A stretch of 63,956 bases of DNA, counting the filler, from Reticulomyxa filosa (Eukaryota; Protista; Foraminifera): NCBI GenBank assembly GCA_000512085.1. It is 23 parts of 23 records of this genome, joined end to end, with 100 filler letters (N's around TTAATTAATTAA, not from the genome) between each part and the next. Parts side by side here need not be neighbours in the genome. Positions count along the whole stretch, not along the records: positions 37,283 to 40,077 come from ASPP01014463.1; positions 40,178 to 41,224 come from ASPP01039526.1; positions 41,325 to 42,830 come from ASPP01003989.1; positions 42,931 to 44,813 come from ASPP01012908.1; positions 44,914 to 49,370 come from ASPP01024469.1; positions 49,471 to 50,895 come from ASPP01045537.1; positions 50,996 to 52,039 come from ASPP01037719.1; 16 more parts are not named here. One strand, given 5' to 3'. The position numbers and the translations under genes are program-made. This document shows, piece by piece, positions 39,550 through 52,139 of the stretch. The notes beneath the pieces were generated by a model. It was not told the origin of the DNA and ran no database searches. It worked only from the letters and a program-made list of their open reading frames with translations. Within the stretch, counting starts at the first letter, position 1. Every line of letters begins with the position of its first letter.

Positions 39550-39845
39550 AATGGATATTGAAGGCTTATTGAATGAGTTGCCACAAACAAGTGTATGTTG
39601 ATATTCATCCCCGTTTACTTATCCTTCCCTTTTTTTTCTGTCTTGTTCTGGCTTTTTTTTTCCCATTAAAAAAGCTTTCTCTAAGAGCAACATGAACAAG
39701 TAAAGAAAAAGTTTGCTAAGCAAGCAATTGATAAAACAGCACCGAAAACACAATGCTTTTCAAATATTGCAAAGAATTGGACGAGAACTTCTCAACAACG
39801 ACAACAAAAAAATGTATTGATTTTGTCAAAGTTGTTACACCTAAG
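39550..39845 (+). CDS. Hypothetical protein, 5' exons
   Basis: MDIEGLLNELPQT, an intron, then EQHEQVKKKFAKQAID...KVVTPK followed by GT. Confidence 0.3.
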
Positions 39846-40177
39846 GTTTCTTCTCTTGTGAACACAACAATTCCATTTCTATCAAATTAAAATTTGGTGA
39901 AAAGAAAATAAAAGAAGGGGGGAGAGTGGGAAATGGTGGCATGGATCCTTCTAAATATGCCTTCAAGCCATATTTTTCAATAAAAGAGCTTTCATGTTCA
40001 AACAATTGGTCCCACCTTTCCACGCCAGTTGTTTTGAAAAGTGAGTAGCAAATGCTCATAGACCAAAACAAAGCATTNNNNNNNNNNNNNNNNNNNNNNN
40101 NNNNNNNNNNNNNNNNNNNNNTTAATTAATTAANNNNNNNNNNNNNNNNNNNNNNNNNNNNNNNNNNNNNNNNNNNN

Positions 40178-40580
40178 TCGAAACATCAGAAAAAGAAGTT
40201 TTTAACACGCAAAAACTGTCACAGTAAGAAAAGTGTGGACAACTTCTCTCAAAGGTGGTAACGTGCAACAAGCGGACTCTGCGTTTATAATAGCAGTGAC
40301 AACACCAAAAGAAGGTATTGAAAAAAACGAGAAGATGGACAAAAACATGAACAAGCTGACAACGAGCAATAACAATAACAATATCAACAACAAGAACAAT
40401 GCCAACAACAAGAGCAATGGTGTGTCCCATTCCAACCTGAACAACTCCTCGTCGTATTATTCAAAAGATGAGCACGAATGGAAAGGAAGAGGTCTGGACG
40501 AGATCAAGTCGGAGGCATGTCTATTTCTAATGAAGCCGTCAAAGGGCAGTGGTCACAATAATGACAATGGCAATGCGTGA
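40178..40580 (+). CDS. Asn-rich low-complexity protein fragment
   Basis: ORF 40233-40580 with an AAC/AAT-rich tract. Confidence 0.35.
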
Positions 40581-41324
40581 TTGCGCAACACTGAGAAGAT
40601 GGAAAAGCTAAGAGGCCCATACCAACGAACACCATAAAAACGAAAAAGTCGAAGAAGAGGAACTATAAAAAAAAAATTAAAGTCTAAAATTGCAATCAAA
40701 ATCGAGCACAAAAGCAACCAGGATTAATGGAGGGGAGAAGAACACTTTGCTGTCCATGTTATGAACCACTATGATCGAATGAATGATGAGCAGCCATATC
40801 CACGCCTTGAAATGCGAACTGTTGGATTATATTTTTCATCTCCAACGCTTTTGTATTTTGAAGTAAATTTATATTTATGATCATTTTTCCAGCTTTGCTT
40901 TTCGAACCAAATTAATCAATTATATTCTTTTCTATCAAAAGACAATGCTCAAGTGTGTGTGTGATTTCTTTCTTTTGTATATTAGGACAACACTTTTATC
41001 ATAATCAAATATAAATAATAATACTAAACTTAAATATAGAATGCTACGTATGGCTTGTTTCTGCTGACTAATCAATATACGTATTTAAATAAATCTATTT
41101 AAAGAAGACGCGGTATCTATCAATTCTATAAAAAGAAGAAAGAAACTTAATATAGCTGACATTACAAATTTATCTTTATATTATATTTATATTTATATTT
41201 ATAATATTTATGAATGATGAAATANNNNNNNNNNNNNNNNNNNNNNNNNNNNNNNNNNNNNNNNNNNNTTAATTAATTAANNNNNNNNNNNNNNNNNNNN
41301 NNNNNNNNNNNNNNNNNNNNNNNN

Positions 41325-42780
41325 TGTTGTTGTTCAATGTGTTCCTTTTTTTCTTCTTTTTCTTCTGTTTTCAAAAATTCGGTTACATATTGATAACAAT
41401 CAAATGTCTCTTGTTTCTCATTATCATTGGTATCTATGTGTGGATAATTATTGGCCTGTAATGGGATATATGTTTCAAGTGCTTGCGCTATAGCAATATC
41501 TTCTTCCATTTCTTGCTTTCTTGCTTCTTGCAATAATAATGCAAAATCGGCACAACTTGCTGGATATTTATCTCCAATAACATATTTTTTGTAATACTCG
41601 TATAAAGTCACATAAATGGCCTTTCCTTTCTTTTTCTCTGGAGCAAATGTACAAAGTTGTTCATACACAAAATGTGCCATTTTTAATGGTATATTGCCAT
41701 TAATTTCTGCTTCACTCTTTTTGGATAATTGAGGTGGTTTCAATATTCCAATATCTAAATGAGATTTATAATGACTGGATAAACTGTGTATTTCTTTGTC
41801 ATCAATCCATTCGCAGATAATATCATTGATCTTGGTTAACGTTTTATCACTTGCCTTTTTCATTTCTTCATCTTCGGAATTTGTTGATTTCCATGCTTGA
41901 ATGTGTTCATAGAATAGATGACTTAATTTTGGGTTTTCAATTACAGTATATCCTTGCAATGTTGTAAAGCTTTTCAGTGTTGCTTGCATTTCAATATATA
42001 CATCATATTTTGGAAGATACAGTTTGATATTATGGAATTTGTAATGTGTTTTTGATTGTCTCTGAAAGAAATCTTCGTCTTCAGAAACAGTGAAATTAAA
42101 TCTGTCATCCTTCATCACGGCCACCGCTGCTTGCAATTTGGTTGGATTATCACACAAAATTGTGAAGCTGCCAATGTTAAATACTTGATTGTAATCTCCA
42201 TTGTAATCATACCGAATCTTTTCCAACAGTCTTGCCTTATCTCCCACTTTTGATGGTTTTACCACTGTTATCTGATATTTTTGAATTCGGTCACCAAATT
42301 CATGATATCCATACTTGTCATTGCAGCTTCACTTCGCGCGATCAAATCCTCCAAACTCGTTGCATGTTGTTTAATTTTTCTAGCTTTCAATTGATAAGAC
42401 AATCCGGAATTGATGCGATGGGAGCTTTGATAATAATTGCCCTTCATTGGCGTGGAACCAAAGAAAGAAATGGAATATTCTGAGTTGAAAAATATCGCCT
42501 TCACAACCAATGTAACTGTTGTTTGCTTACAAGCTGGACAGCAAAACGATGTTTTGTCCGAAGCAAATGAGACATCACCAAATCCAAGATTTGCCCATAC
42601 GAGCAACTTTATCTTTGCAGTCAAGCAATCCGCATTTGTGCAATAGCCTTGCAAATTTATTCCAGGTTTAATTTCCCCAACCTCCGTCTTTCCTTCTTCT
42701 TTTGTCAGAATGTTCTCTTTTTGTTTGGTTTCTTCATTCTTTGTTGATTCTTCATTTTCTTTTGTCTTTTTTTCATTAAT

Positions 42781-42786
<6 letters not shown>
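41325..42786 (-). CDS. Cys4 Zn-binding domain + RelA/SpoT-like nucleotidyltransferase domain protein, probably upstream of a NACHT domain; partial
   Basis: ORFs 42268-42786 and 41273-42265 are joined by a 1-nt indel near 42280. Zn-type motif PGINLQGYCTNADC...CPAC, followed by RLLEKIRYDY, FNIGSFTI, DFF, HYKFHN, IEMQAT and SHLFYE. Confidence 0.65.
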
Positions 42787-42830
<44 letters not shown>

Positions 42831-43039
42831 NNNNNNNNNNNNNNNNNNNNNNNNNNNNNNNNNNNNNNNNNNNNTTAATTAATTAANNNNNNNNNNNNNN
42901 NNNNNNNNNNNNNNNNNNNNNNNNNNNNNNCGGACAAAGAATAGGGTACGTCTTTTTTTTTTTTTTTTTTTTGTTTGGCCTTGTTTGGTCTGCTTGATTG
43001 GTAATCACATATACATATATATATATATATGTATATACA

Positions 43040-44740
43040 ACTGAGATCAGATGGGACAAACATCATTACTATACGCATGCTTCGTGCAAGAGTACATGGA
43101 ACTCGAAGCGTTGCATCTGCTGTTGCCTTCTGACGTAAAGAAAGACGACGAAAAATTAGAGTTCTTTCAACAAACTGATTTAGTTTTGTTTTGTTTTTTT
43201 TTCTACTTATTTAAAAAATAAAAATAAAAAAATGACAAACAAATGGAATTGTAATTACGATTGATGATCCCTTTCCCTTCTCCTCTCTCTCTTCAAAGAA
43301 TGGTAACACAATGCTGCATTTGGCAATTCTAAACCAAAATTCAAACTACCTTTCTCGCCTGCGAGCATTGCAATCACTCATTCCGCCGGACTGCTATCAA
43401 ATGCTTCTTGCAAAACGAAATAAGGTTTGTTTTTTAAGGTGAGTGTGTGTGTGTGTGTGAGATGTGATGCATAAGGAGAGGGAAGTGGAGGGAGCTTTGA
43501 TCGTCTGTTTTGCAATGGACTTGCGTCTTTGGTCATAGAGTAACTGCACTCCTTTGATGGAAGCATTTGCAAATCAAGAACAAACAGGTTTCCTTATGAT
43601 GAGTTTACTCTTGCCCTCCAAGTTTCAAAACGACTCCGAATTTTGGAAATTGACCGACAAAGTTATATCTATAAAGATAATAATATAAACAAACACTTTA
43701 TGACAAGCAAATGGAAATAATATATCATTGTTAATTTATTCACTGCTACGTATATGTGTGTGTTTTTGGGATGGGTGGGAAAAAAAAAAAAAACAAGTAT
43801 GGAGATTCGATATTTGCCTTAGCAGTAAAAAATCCAAAACCACATTGCATCTCTCGCTTGCAGACATTGAATCAATATATACCTGCTGATGTCTTATACA
43901 GTATGAAGGTATGACTGTGCGGAACTTTTCTTGCTTCCCACTTACTTTGCTCTATTTGTATACGTACACTCGCGCATGTGCACATGTGTGAATACCCTCT
44001 CCTCCCGTCTCTTCCCCTTCCCGAAATAGTCACAATCCCTTCCATTAATCTACGCATGCCAATATCGAGATGATTTTGACGACAACATGCTCAAATTGTT
44101 GATCCCAAAGACATTGGAGCGAAGTGCCGGGATCTGGTTATATAAATACCCCAAAACCGGGAATTGCTTGTTGCATGCCGCAATTCAAAATAGTAACTTC
44201 AACTGTCTTAAGCGTCTGCAAGTGCTTAAAAGTACAATGCCAGTTCAGTTTTATGACGAATTGATCCTTGCCACGAATAAAGTTATAGCTATAATCCCAA
44301 GCTGTTTTCTTCACATACAAAAAAAAAAAAAAAAGAGCATATGAACAATATGACCCTCTCTCTCTCTCTCTCTCCTCCCCTCCCCCCCTCCCCTTCCCGG
44401 AAAACAGGATCATCAAACTCCGCTGATGTATGCTTGCAATATGGTGGCCGAGCCTCTCGGCGAAGGGCTGTTCGAAATGTTGCTACCGCAATCTCCAGAT
44501 GAAAGGAGCTCAGCGTATTGGGAAACACAAGACACGGTTAAAAGAAAAAAAAAAATGAACTGTTTGTAATCGTTGGAATAGAAATAGTCACAACACATAC
44601 TTTTTTTTAATGACACATAACAGAGAGGACGCACTTTAGTGGAACTGGCGTTGTGCAACACCAAAGGAGACGTCGTGGAACGCGTGAAAACGATCAAGAA
44701 GAATATGCCCAAAAAGAATTTTCACTCCATTATTGTTACG
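43040..44740 (+). CDS. Divergent ankyrin-like repeat protein, multi-exon, partial
   Basis: Exons NGNTMLHLAILNQN, TGNCLLHAAIQNSN and RGRTLVELALCN follow the GxTxLHxA pattern. Confidence 0.65.
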
Positions 44741-44959
44741 TCATCATATTTTTCATTGCATTTGCATATATATACATCTTTTTTTTTTTTATCATATACC
44801 AATCGGTGTGGGGNNNNNNNNNNNNNNNNNNNNNNNNNNNNNNNNNNNNNNNNNNNNTTAATTAATTAANNNNNNNNNNNNNNNNNNNNNNNNNNNNNNN
44901 NNNNNNNNNNNNNTTTTTTTTTTTGTCTGTTACAAATAAACAAAAACTGTTAAAATTAT

Positions 44960-45411
44960 AAAGAGATTTGGTGCGTACCATTTCAATTGCTTTTATTGAT
45001 TATCTCAAATCAACATTTGGTGACAAATAGCAACAATCAAAATACAGTCTGTGGACTATTTAAGATTTTCAAAATCCTCACAACTTGAGAGAAGTTTTGA
45101 AAAGTTGAAAGAAAAAAAGAAATGAAGTTTCAATTCTTTTTTTTAAATGTGTATAAATATAAACAGCTTTGTGATTTGTGTCAATTGTGATATATTCTGG
45201 ATCATGTGATAATACAATTCGTTTGGGATATTCGATTAAATAAGAATGAATTGTGTGTGATCAAGGAGATGGTGAAGATAATGGAATATCATATCTTAAA
45301 TTTGTATCTTTGAAAAGGAAAGAGAAGAATAACGAAAATGCAAATAATGGCACATAAGATTTGAACTTGTGTTATAGTTTATTAGGATGTTCCATTCGCA
45401 TTTGGGAATAA
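44960..45411 (+). pseudogene. WD40 family pseudogene
   Basis: SGSCDNTIR...WDIR...IRIWE* with indels and stops. Confidence 0.75.
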
Positions 45412-45670
45412 CTTACTTTTGTTCAATAAATAATGGATATGTTTTTTTTGCAAAGTTCGATTTAATTTGAGCACAATCATTTGTTTTTTTCTATTTTATT
45501 AGTTGTTGAAAAAGTCAAAAAAAAACGAAAATGGTGCAGATTTCAGCAAGATGAAAATGTTATCAAATAACAATAATCTCCAATGTGTTTAAGTATAATA
45601 TTTTTCATAACTATAAATCAATATACAGTAATTTGCAAAAAAATAGGAAGTCTAAAATGCTACTTTATGA

Positions 45671-45731
45671 AGATAATTGATTTTTCATGAAAAACAAGCA
45701 ATTAATCCTAATTTTCTTAAAAAATATCTAC
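45671..45731 (-). repeat. Dispersed repeat family A copy (partial)
   Basis: ATAATTGATTTTTCATGAAAAA...CCTAATT...AAAAAATATCTAC matches 23747-23815. Confidence 0.55.
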
Positions 45732-45734
45732 ATT

Positions 45735-46330
45735 AAAAGTATGTACATGTTGGTTTGAGCAATTTGGATGTAAACATTTTTGTTTCGAAAGAGATTTAGA
45801 ACAACATTTAATTGAAAACATGAAATAACATTTTGAATTAGTAACTAATATCGTGCAAAAACAACAAGTGATGTTTTGTTATATATTTGATGTTTTAATC
45901 AAACATCAAATATATGAAAATATAAAAAATTTGAAATTAAAAAAAAGTACATAATGAAAAAAAAAATAAAAGTAAGAAATATCAAAATGAATGATAGCAA
46001 TTCAATCTTAAAACAACAACTGGTATGTTTTATTTTCTTATTTCTATTTCACAATATAAGCAAATAATAAATAATAAATCAGAACAATCAAACAATTGAA
46101 ATTGAACAATTGAAAAAAGAACTTAAATTAAAAAATGAAAGACTTTATCAAATTGATGGAAATGATAATGAAGAAAAAAAGGAAAATAATTTCAATATGT
46201 CAAACTTTAATTTATTTAGTTCACCTGGATTAGTAGATACTACAGTTGAAGATGCATTACAAAAAATTGAAGTAATATTAATTTCAATGAAGATGTTAAT
46301 GGAACGAAGCGCAAATTGCTCATTGTAGTA
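45735..46330 (+). pseudogene. TRAF-type Zn-finger / coiled-coil gene remnant
   Basis: CWFEQFGCKHFCFERDLEQHLIENMK*HFELV, followed by coiled-coil exons. Confidence 0.5.
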
Positions 46331-47338
46331 GATCATATGAAGTAAAGAAATGTATAGTAGATCACGAAATCCTACATATTACATTCATAGAAAAAATTAT
46401 AAGTAATGAGGAATTGAATTTAATAATTTAATTGTAAATAGTTATTTATATAAATTATCTGTTATTATTGAAGGATTTTGGAAATGTATGATCGAAGATA
46501 ATTCAAAAGAAACAAAACGATTGGATAACAAGACATTACAATTTATATTTAAATCAATAATAAATAAAAATACATATGCTACTGTTTGTAGAACTTTATC
46601 AGGATTAAAAAAAAAAATGATTTAAATAACGTATTTGCTTATCCATATATTCTTTGGTCATTAAATAATAATTTATTTGGTGAAAATGAGCAATATGAAC
46701 AATTTATTGTATTTGATTATAAACCACCAAATGTATTATAAGCATTTAATAATAAAATTGGAGTGCTACAGGCGACATAGTTGCAAGGTTGCTGCTAATT
46801 ATCGCAACAAAAAATAAATATAACAAGTTAATATATTATTGATTAACGTGTTAATATGTTATTATATTTTTATAAATGAAACAAAATAATCAAAAATAAA
46901 GAAAAGACAATAGAGCTAAAGATAAACAAAAGCATTGGAAAGGGTATAACACAAGAAGAAAGTGAAATCAATCTAAAATTAGCGATATATGTTAATATGA
47001 AATGTACAAAAGAAAATGAAAAACAGATATTTTTACGTCATGAACAAGAAACTTTACATTGTAGCATGTATGCTAAAGAAGTATTAGAATATAGTTGTGA
47101 TAAGTTAGGAATCATCGAAGTAATGATAATAATGACATGATAAAGAGACTAAATGCAAAACAGCATATGCCAATAATGAATTATGCTATTTTAGTTAATC
47201 CAATACACCAAATTGCGAGCTACATAATTTGGACTGTGTCTAGGGTTGGTATGTTAGTTGCATATACTAGATTTGTATGGATTGAGATCGATAATATTGA
47301 TTAGGGAAAAAAGTAATTTAATAAAGATTCATAAAATG

Positions 47339-47443
47339 ATACAGATCCTTAAAAGCGTTTTTCTTTTAACAGATTTATTGTGAAAAAAATAAAGTTCAGG
47401 ATCCAGTTAAAACTAAATTGTTGAATCCTTAAAATCAATTTTC
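47339..47443 (+). repeat. Dispersed repeat family B copy
   Basis: ATACAGATCCTT...TTCAGGATCCA...GAATCCTTAAA is shared with 59471-59572. Confidence 0.75.
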
Positions 47444-48026
47444 TTATCGAAAACAATACACTGATTTGTTATTTTATGTGTTGATTCATATTTCATGTGT
47501 TTTTCAATTTGTTTTTTGAAATGTTTTATCGGAATTACTAATAGTTCATCTGTATAATATCAATATGCTTACGTGTTCTAAGTTGTGAATTAAGATAATA
47601 TGATTTGCGAAATTTTTGACATTATGGTCTCATGCATGAGTTGGATATTGAAAACATTCAATATAAAAATTAGAAATTTCATCACGAATAGATAAATTTT
47701 CGCTTTTAAATTTTTTAGATTCACTTTGTAAATCAACCATTTGATATTGACAAAAAAGCATTAATTCAAAAATGACAAAATACTTTCATCTTATAATATA
47801 ATATCTGAAAATTCAATTTTTTTATTAAGGTTTTGAATCGTTATTCTAATTTCTGTGATTTTTTTATCTATATCATCCACTAATTGCTCAATCTTTTTTT
47901 GGTTATTTTCAGTTGTTTCTTTTAATATTTAATTGTTTTCCAGAGAAAAGAATGATTTAATTCTTCGCAGTGAGGACATTTTGTGAATAGGTTCAATTCA
48001 TGTACAATCTTTTTTAGGTTAGCTTA

Positions 48027-49087
48027 TTACATGTTTTTTGTTTTTTCTTTTAATGCCGCATCAACTTTCCGTGGTATGTCTTCAATGATGGAATCAGGGG
48101 ATGTCACCATCATTTGACGGACGGTTTTTGCGATAGATTTATCGTTGGTTGCTTTTATGGCGTTCTCGAACTTTACGAGAATTTTTGCCATATCGGATAT
48201 GATGGCAAGTATTTCTATAAATAATACTTCCATTCTTGCTTTAGCAATTACTTTTTTTGTTTTCTCGTTTACAATGTCATCAGTATCCATGAACATTGTA
48301 TAGTCGCAATAAGAATTTTTTAATATTACTTTTTTTTCATCCTTCTAAAAAAAGGAGTAATTTGGATATATCGATTTGAATATTAATTGAATGTTGCAGA
48401 CTGACAACAAGGAATTTGTTGATTGATTGCAGTGCCAACAAAGGAATGTTGCAGACTAACAATAAGTGAATTGCCCATTGGAATATGTTGAATTTTGTTG
48501 TGGAAGATAGACTATGTATTTGCTCGTCGGCACTTTCAGCGCAGTGCAAGTATTTGAAGTTCATTACCAACACATTCAACGTCCACCACTTTGTCAGCCA
48601 AAATAATCCAAGTACATCTTTTGCAATAACATACATACAAGAATTTTTTTTAAAAAAAAGGTTGGAGAATTTTTTTTTTTTTAAGTTAACTTTCAATCCA
48701 AGGTGCTATTTCTTGTTTGTAAAAAGCCAATAGGTTTTCTTTACTTTTGAGAGTATTGCTTTCCAACGTCTTGGGGGGAATATGCATTTGTTTTTGAATG
48801 GTATGTTTAGTCAATTGTTTATGTGTATCGTCAGCGCTTTCAGCGCAATGCAAGTATTTGAAGTTCATCATCAACACGTTCAACATCCACCACTTCGTTA
48901 CTCTCGTCGCCAAAACAATCCAAAAACATAGAAATATAGCAAATACTTTTCCAATACTATTGTTTGTGTTTCGTCATTTCCATTTGCATTCTTACTCATT
49001 TGTACCTTTTTCATCCGCATTCGCTTGAGCAGATCGTACATGCTTCAAGAACGAATGCACAAACTTTTTTTCTCTTTCTTGAGCCAT
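48027..49087 (-). CDS. Hypothetical multi-exon protein with an internal duplication
   Basis: Start MAQEREKKFVHSFLKH. Two copies of TKWWxLNVLxMNFKYLHCAESAD. Last exon is ORF 48027-48296. Confidence 0.5.
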
Positions 49088-49169
49088 TGGCAAACTTACA
49101 GTAGAGATGTTAATGTTGATTATGACACATGATTTATTTTATTATTGACTCCCCTTCCAACTAAAACTT

Positions 49170-49281
49170 TAAAATGTTCTTTTTCAAAAAAAAAGACTAA
49201 CAAGATTTTTAATTTTTTGTTTTATTTACATCATTATATTAAAAATCTTGTTAGTCATTTTTTTTGAAAAAGAACATTTTA
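49170..49281. repeat. Inverted repeat, 44-bp arms (1 mismatch), 24-nt loop
   Basis: 49170-49213 is the reverse complement of 49238-49281 except at one position. Confidence 0.92.
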
Positions 49282-50017
49282 TAAACTATTTCGTAGTCAA
49301 CTTTTAAAAATGTGTAGTTATTGACGACAAATTTGAGGAGGAGCAATACATTTAAGAGTGCCCAAAGTCANNNNNNNNNNNNNNNNNNNNNNNNNNNNNN
49401 NNNNNNNNNNNNNNTTAATTAATTAANNNNNNNNNNNNNNNNNNNNNNNNNNNNNNNNNNNNNNNNNNNNCTTATTTTTCCTTTTTCAGTTTTATATGGT
49501 AATAACAAAAAAATCAATTCTATTTAATTTGTTAATTTCATCAAACAAGAACAAATAATTTTCAATATTTCAAACTGAATTACATTTTTAATGTAAATTA
49601 CGTACAAGTTAAAAAAAATATAAAATTGTTGAAACAGACATAATTAATAACAACAACAAAAATTACACTAGCAAATTTTAATTTAATTCATGTTTTGGGA
49701 ATGCAATAGCATTCTTGTAAGTTTTGCAACTTTTACTGGACATTCAACTTTTAATTTTCATAAACAATATCTCCACTTTTGCGATGTTCGGAGTTAGTTG
49801 AATTAAATTTGGTTTCCTTCATTCGGTTGAAGCAATCTATTAAAAAAAAAATTTATTTTAAAATCAGAAGATAAAGTGAAAAAAAATTCATTAAATCTTA
49901 CCTATGTGATTGCTATGTTGTGTAATGACCATTGAACTTCCAAATGGCAAGTGTTGCTTTGAATGAGCAATTTTACATTGACTACCACCATATCAATCTA
50001 CTACAATGATTTTGAAG

Positions 50018-50501
50018 TCAAATGTTTTGAGTGAGTGTATATACGAAGGCTCCCATAAACTCTATCCAATCCATAAGCAGCACCGGAAATAATCCGCACT
50101 CAATAATTTCATTCTGAGAAAAATACAATATCCCAATTATATGAGCGCTTTTCCTTTTATCGGCTCTAATGCCGTCACGAAGGACACACTTTAGAGACCA
50201 TTTTCGCACATCATTTGATACTGTCGTGACTGCGCGAACATAGTTTGTACGCACCACAAACTCTGTTGCTTCTTCATTCTTTGATTGCTCGTATCTTGAG
50301 CAATTTCTTTCTTTCTCTTCCTTGATATCCTCCACTTGGCGACGTTCTTAAGACTTGGAAACGAGCCAACGAAATAACTTTTAAATCTTCTTTCGTATTC
50401 AACATCACGAACCCCCAACACGTTGAGATCTCTTGTTTTCTATGGCGAGGTCTCAAAATTTCCGCAACACGTCATTTTGGGCATTACCCAAAGGGGGTCA
50501 T
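50018..50501 (-). pseudogene. Frameshifted hypothetical gene
   Basis: Three overlapping short ORFs in different frames with coding-like composition. Confidence 0.3.
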
Positions 50502-52139
50502 CCCAATATCAAACAAATTAATTGAACGAAAACTTCGATTTTCTCTATCATTTTATCAAAAAATGTTCATTTGTTCAATCAAAAAAATAATAGAACTAGC
50601 ATATTTTTGCTTTCAATTGTATTTATTGATTGTTTTTTTATTTTTTTTCAACAGCGTTTCAAAGTGGATTTTAAAAAAAAACCTAGCTAATTGAAATAAC
50701 TTATTGTTATGTAGAAAAAAATCAAATTTATTCTCTTCATTAATTTAACAAATCAAAAATAAAAACAGAACGACTGATGTTTTTGAGCAGTCCAAGTATG
50801 TGTTGAGCCAAATATCATATACCCTGAACTTTTGGAAAGTACAGCAAGTATTACGACTGCCTTCAACACCTTTCCTCCAAGTACAGCAGCCACTCNNNNN
50901 NNNNNNNNNNNNNNNNNNNNNNNNNNNNNNNNNNNNNNNTTAATTAATTAANNNNNNNNNNNNNNNNNNNNNNNNNNNNNNNNNNNNNNNNNNNNACGAT
51001 TGACTTTACTGTCTATTGTCGAAAAAAATCCATCTAGCAATGCTTGATCATGATAGTTTCTGCAGTCTTCGACTAAAGATTAATTTTAGTAAGAAATTGT
51101 TCAGGGATTGGAATTTCAACATTGTCAGCCTTATCATCGATACCAGGGATTTCTACGTTCATTGCAGACACATTGAAAATGTAAATATCCAGTGCAGCAT
51201 TAAATACTTTTTTGGTCAAAACAATGCGTGCATATTGACTTTTATCAACTGTAATTGATTGTGTCTATCAGTGTGCATTCAATAACACATAATTATATAA
51301 ATGTATAATTAGAAATCACTTTAACAAGATATTACCTTGCTTGTAACATATTTTCCATCATTGTAAGTTCTACAATAAACCGTTTTTCAACAACTTTATT
51401 TCAGAATGGACTTTCTTACGCTTTAATGCGCTTTTTTTTTGATGTTTCTGTCACTATTCTTGTTCTATTTCATTTTTTCAAATACTTTTTTAAAAAAAGA
51501 TTAAGTTAAAAATAATATATATTACTTCTTAACATTTCTAAGACAAGTATCAATTTTTTCTAATTTTCCTTTGACGTTTTTGAATTCGCCTTTGGATTAG
51601 ATATGCTACATATTATATGTTATATACGCACATATATATGCACCTTTTTTTTTAAATTTCGACTTGTTACTGTTATTTAATAAATTGACAAAAACACAAC
51701 TCAACTTTGATTGTCTTGTAATTGTTTTGTTCATAAAAAAATCGACAATTCAGTTGGTATGTCTTTTTGCCAATGTTTCCAACGCAGCTGCGTCGTTATT
51801 TTTGTTAAACACTGTGTTTGATATGATCCATCAAATCAACACAAAGTTTACACGTTCGTGAGCCGATGGACCATCGTTTTGGATGTCCAATGACTTGAAA
51901 GTAGACATATCAGCACATCGTCTGAGTCAATATTATGCAAAAGGAGTGAAAAAAAAAGATATTAATTTCCATATTCTTGCAAATGTGAAGCAAACCCAAC
52001 TTTGCAGCGTCTGACAAAATCTTCAATTCGTGTGCCCACNNNNNNNNNNNNNNNNNNNNNNNNNNNNNNNNNNNNNNNNNNNNTTAATTAATTAANNNNN
52101 NNNNNNNNNNNNNNNNNNNNNNNNNNNNNNNNNNNNNNN

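Noticed and set aside
14373-42830. Caspase, WD40, Kelch and RelA-like genes as a physical defence cluster
   Set aside because: They lie on different contigs, so adjacency is an artefact of concatenation.
42781-42830. (TA)n, (CA)n and (CT)n microsatellites here and near 13670, 14260, 27210 and 44355
   Set aside because: Ordinary intronic simple repeats, often at assembly breaks.
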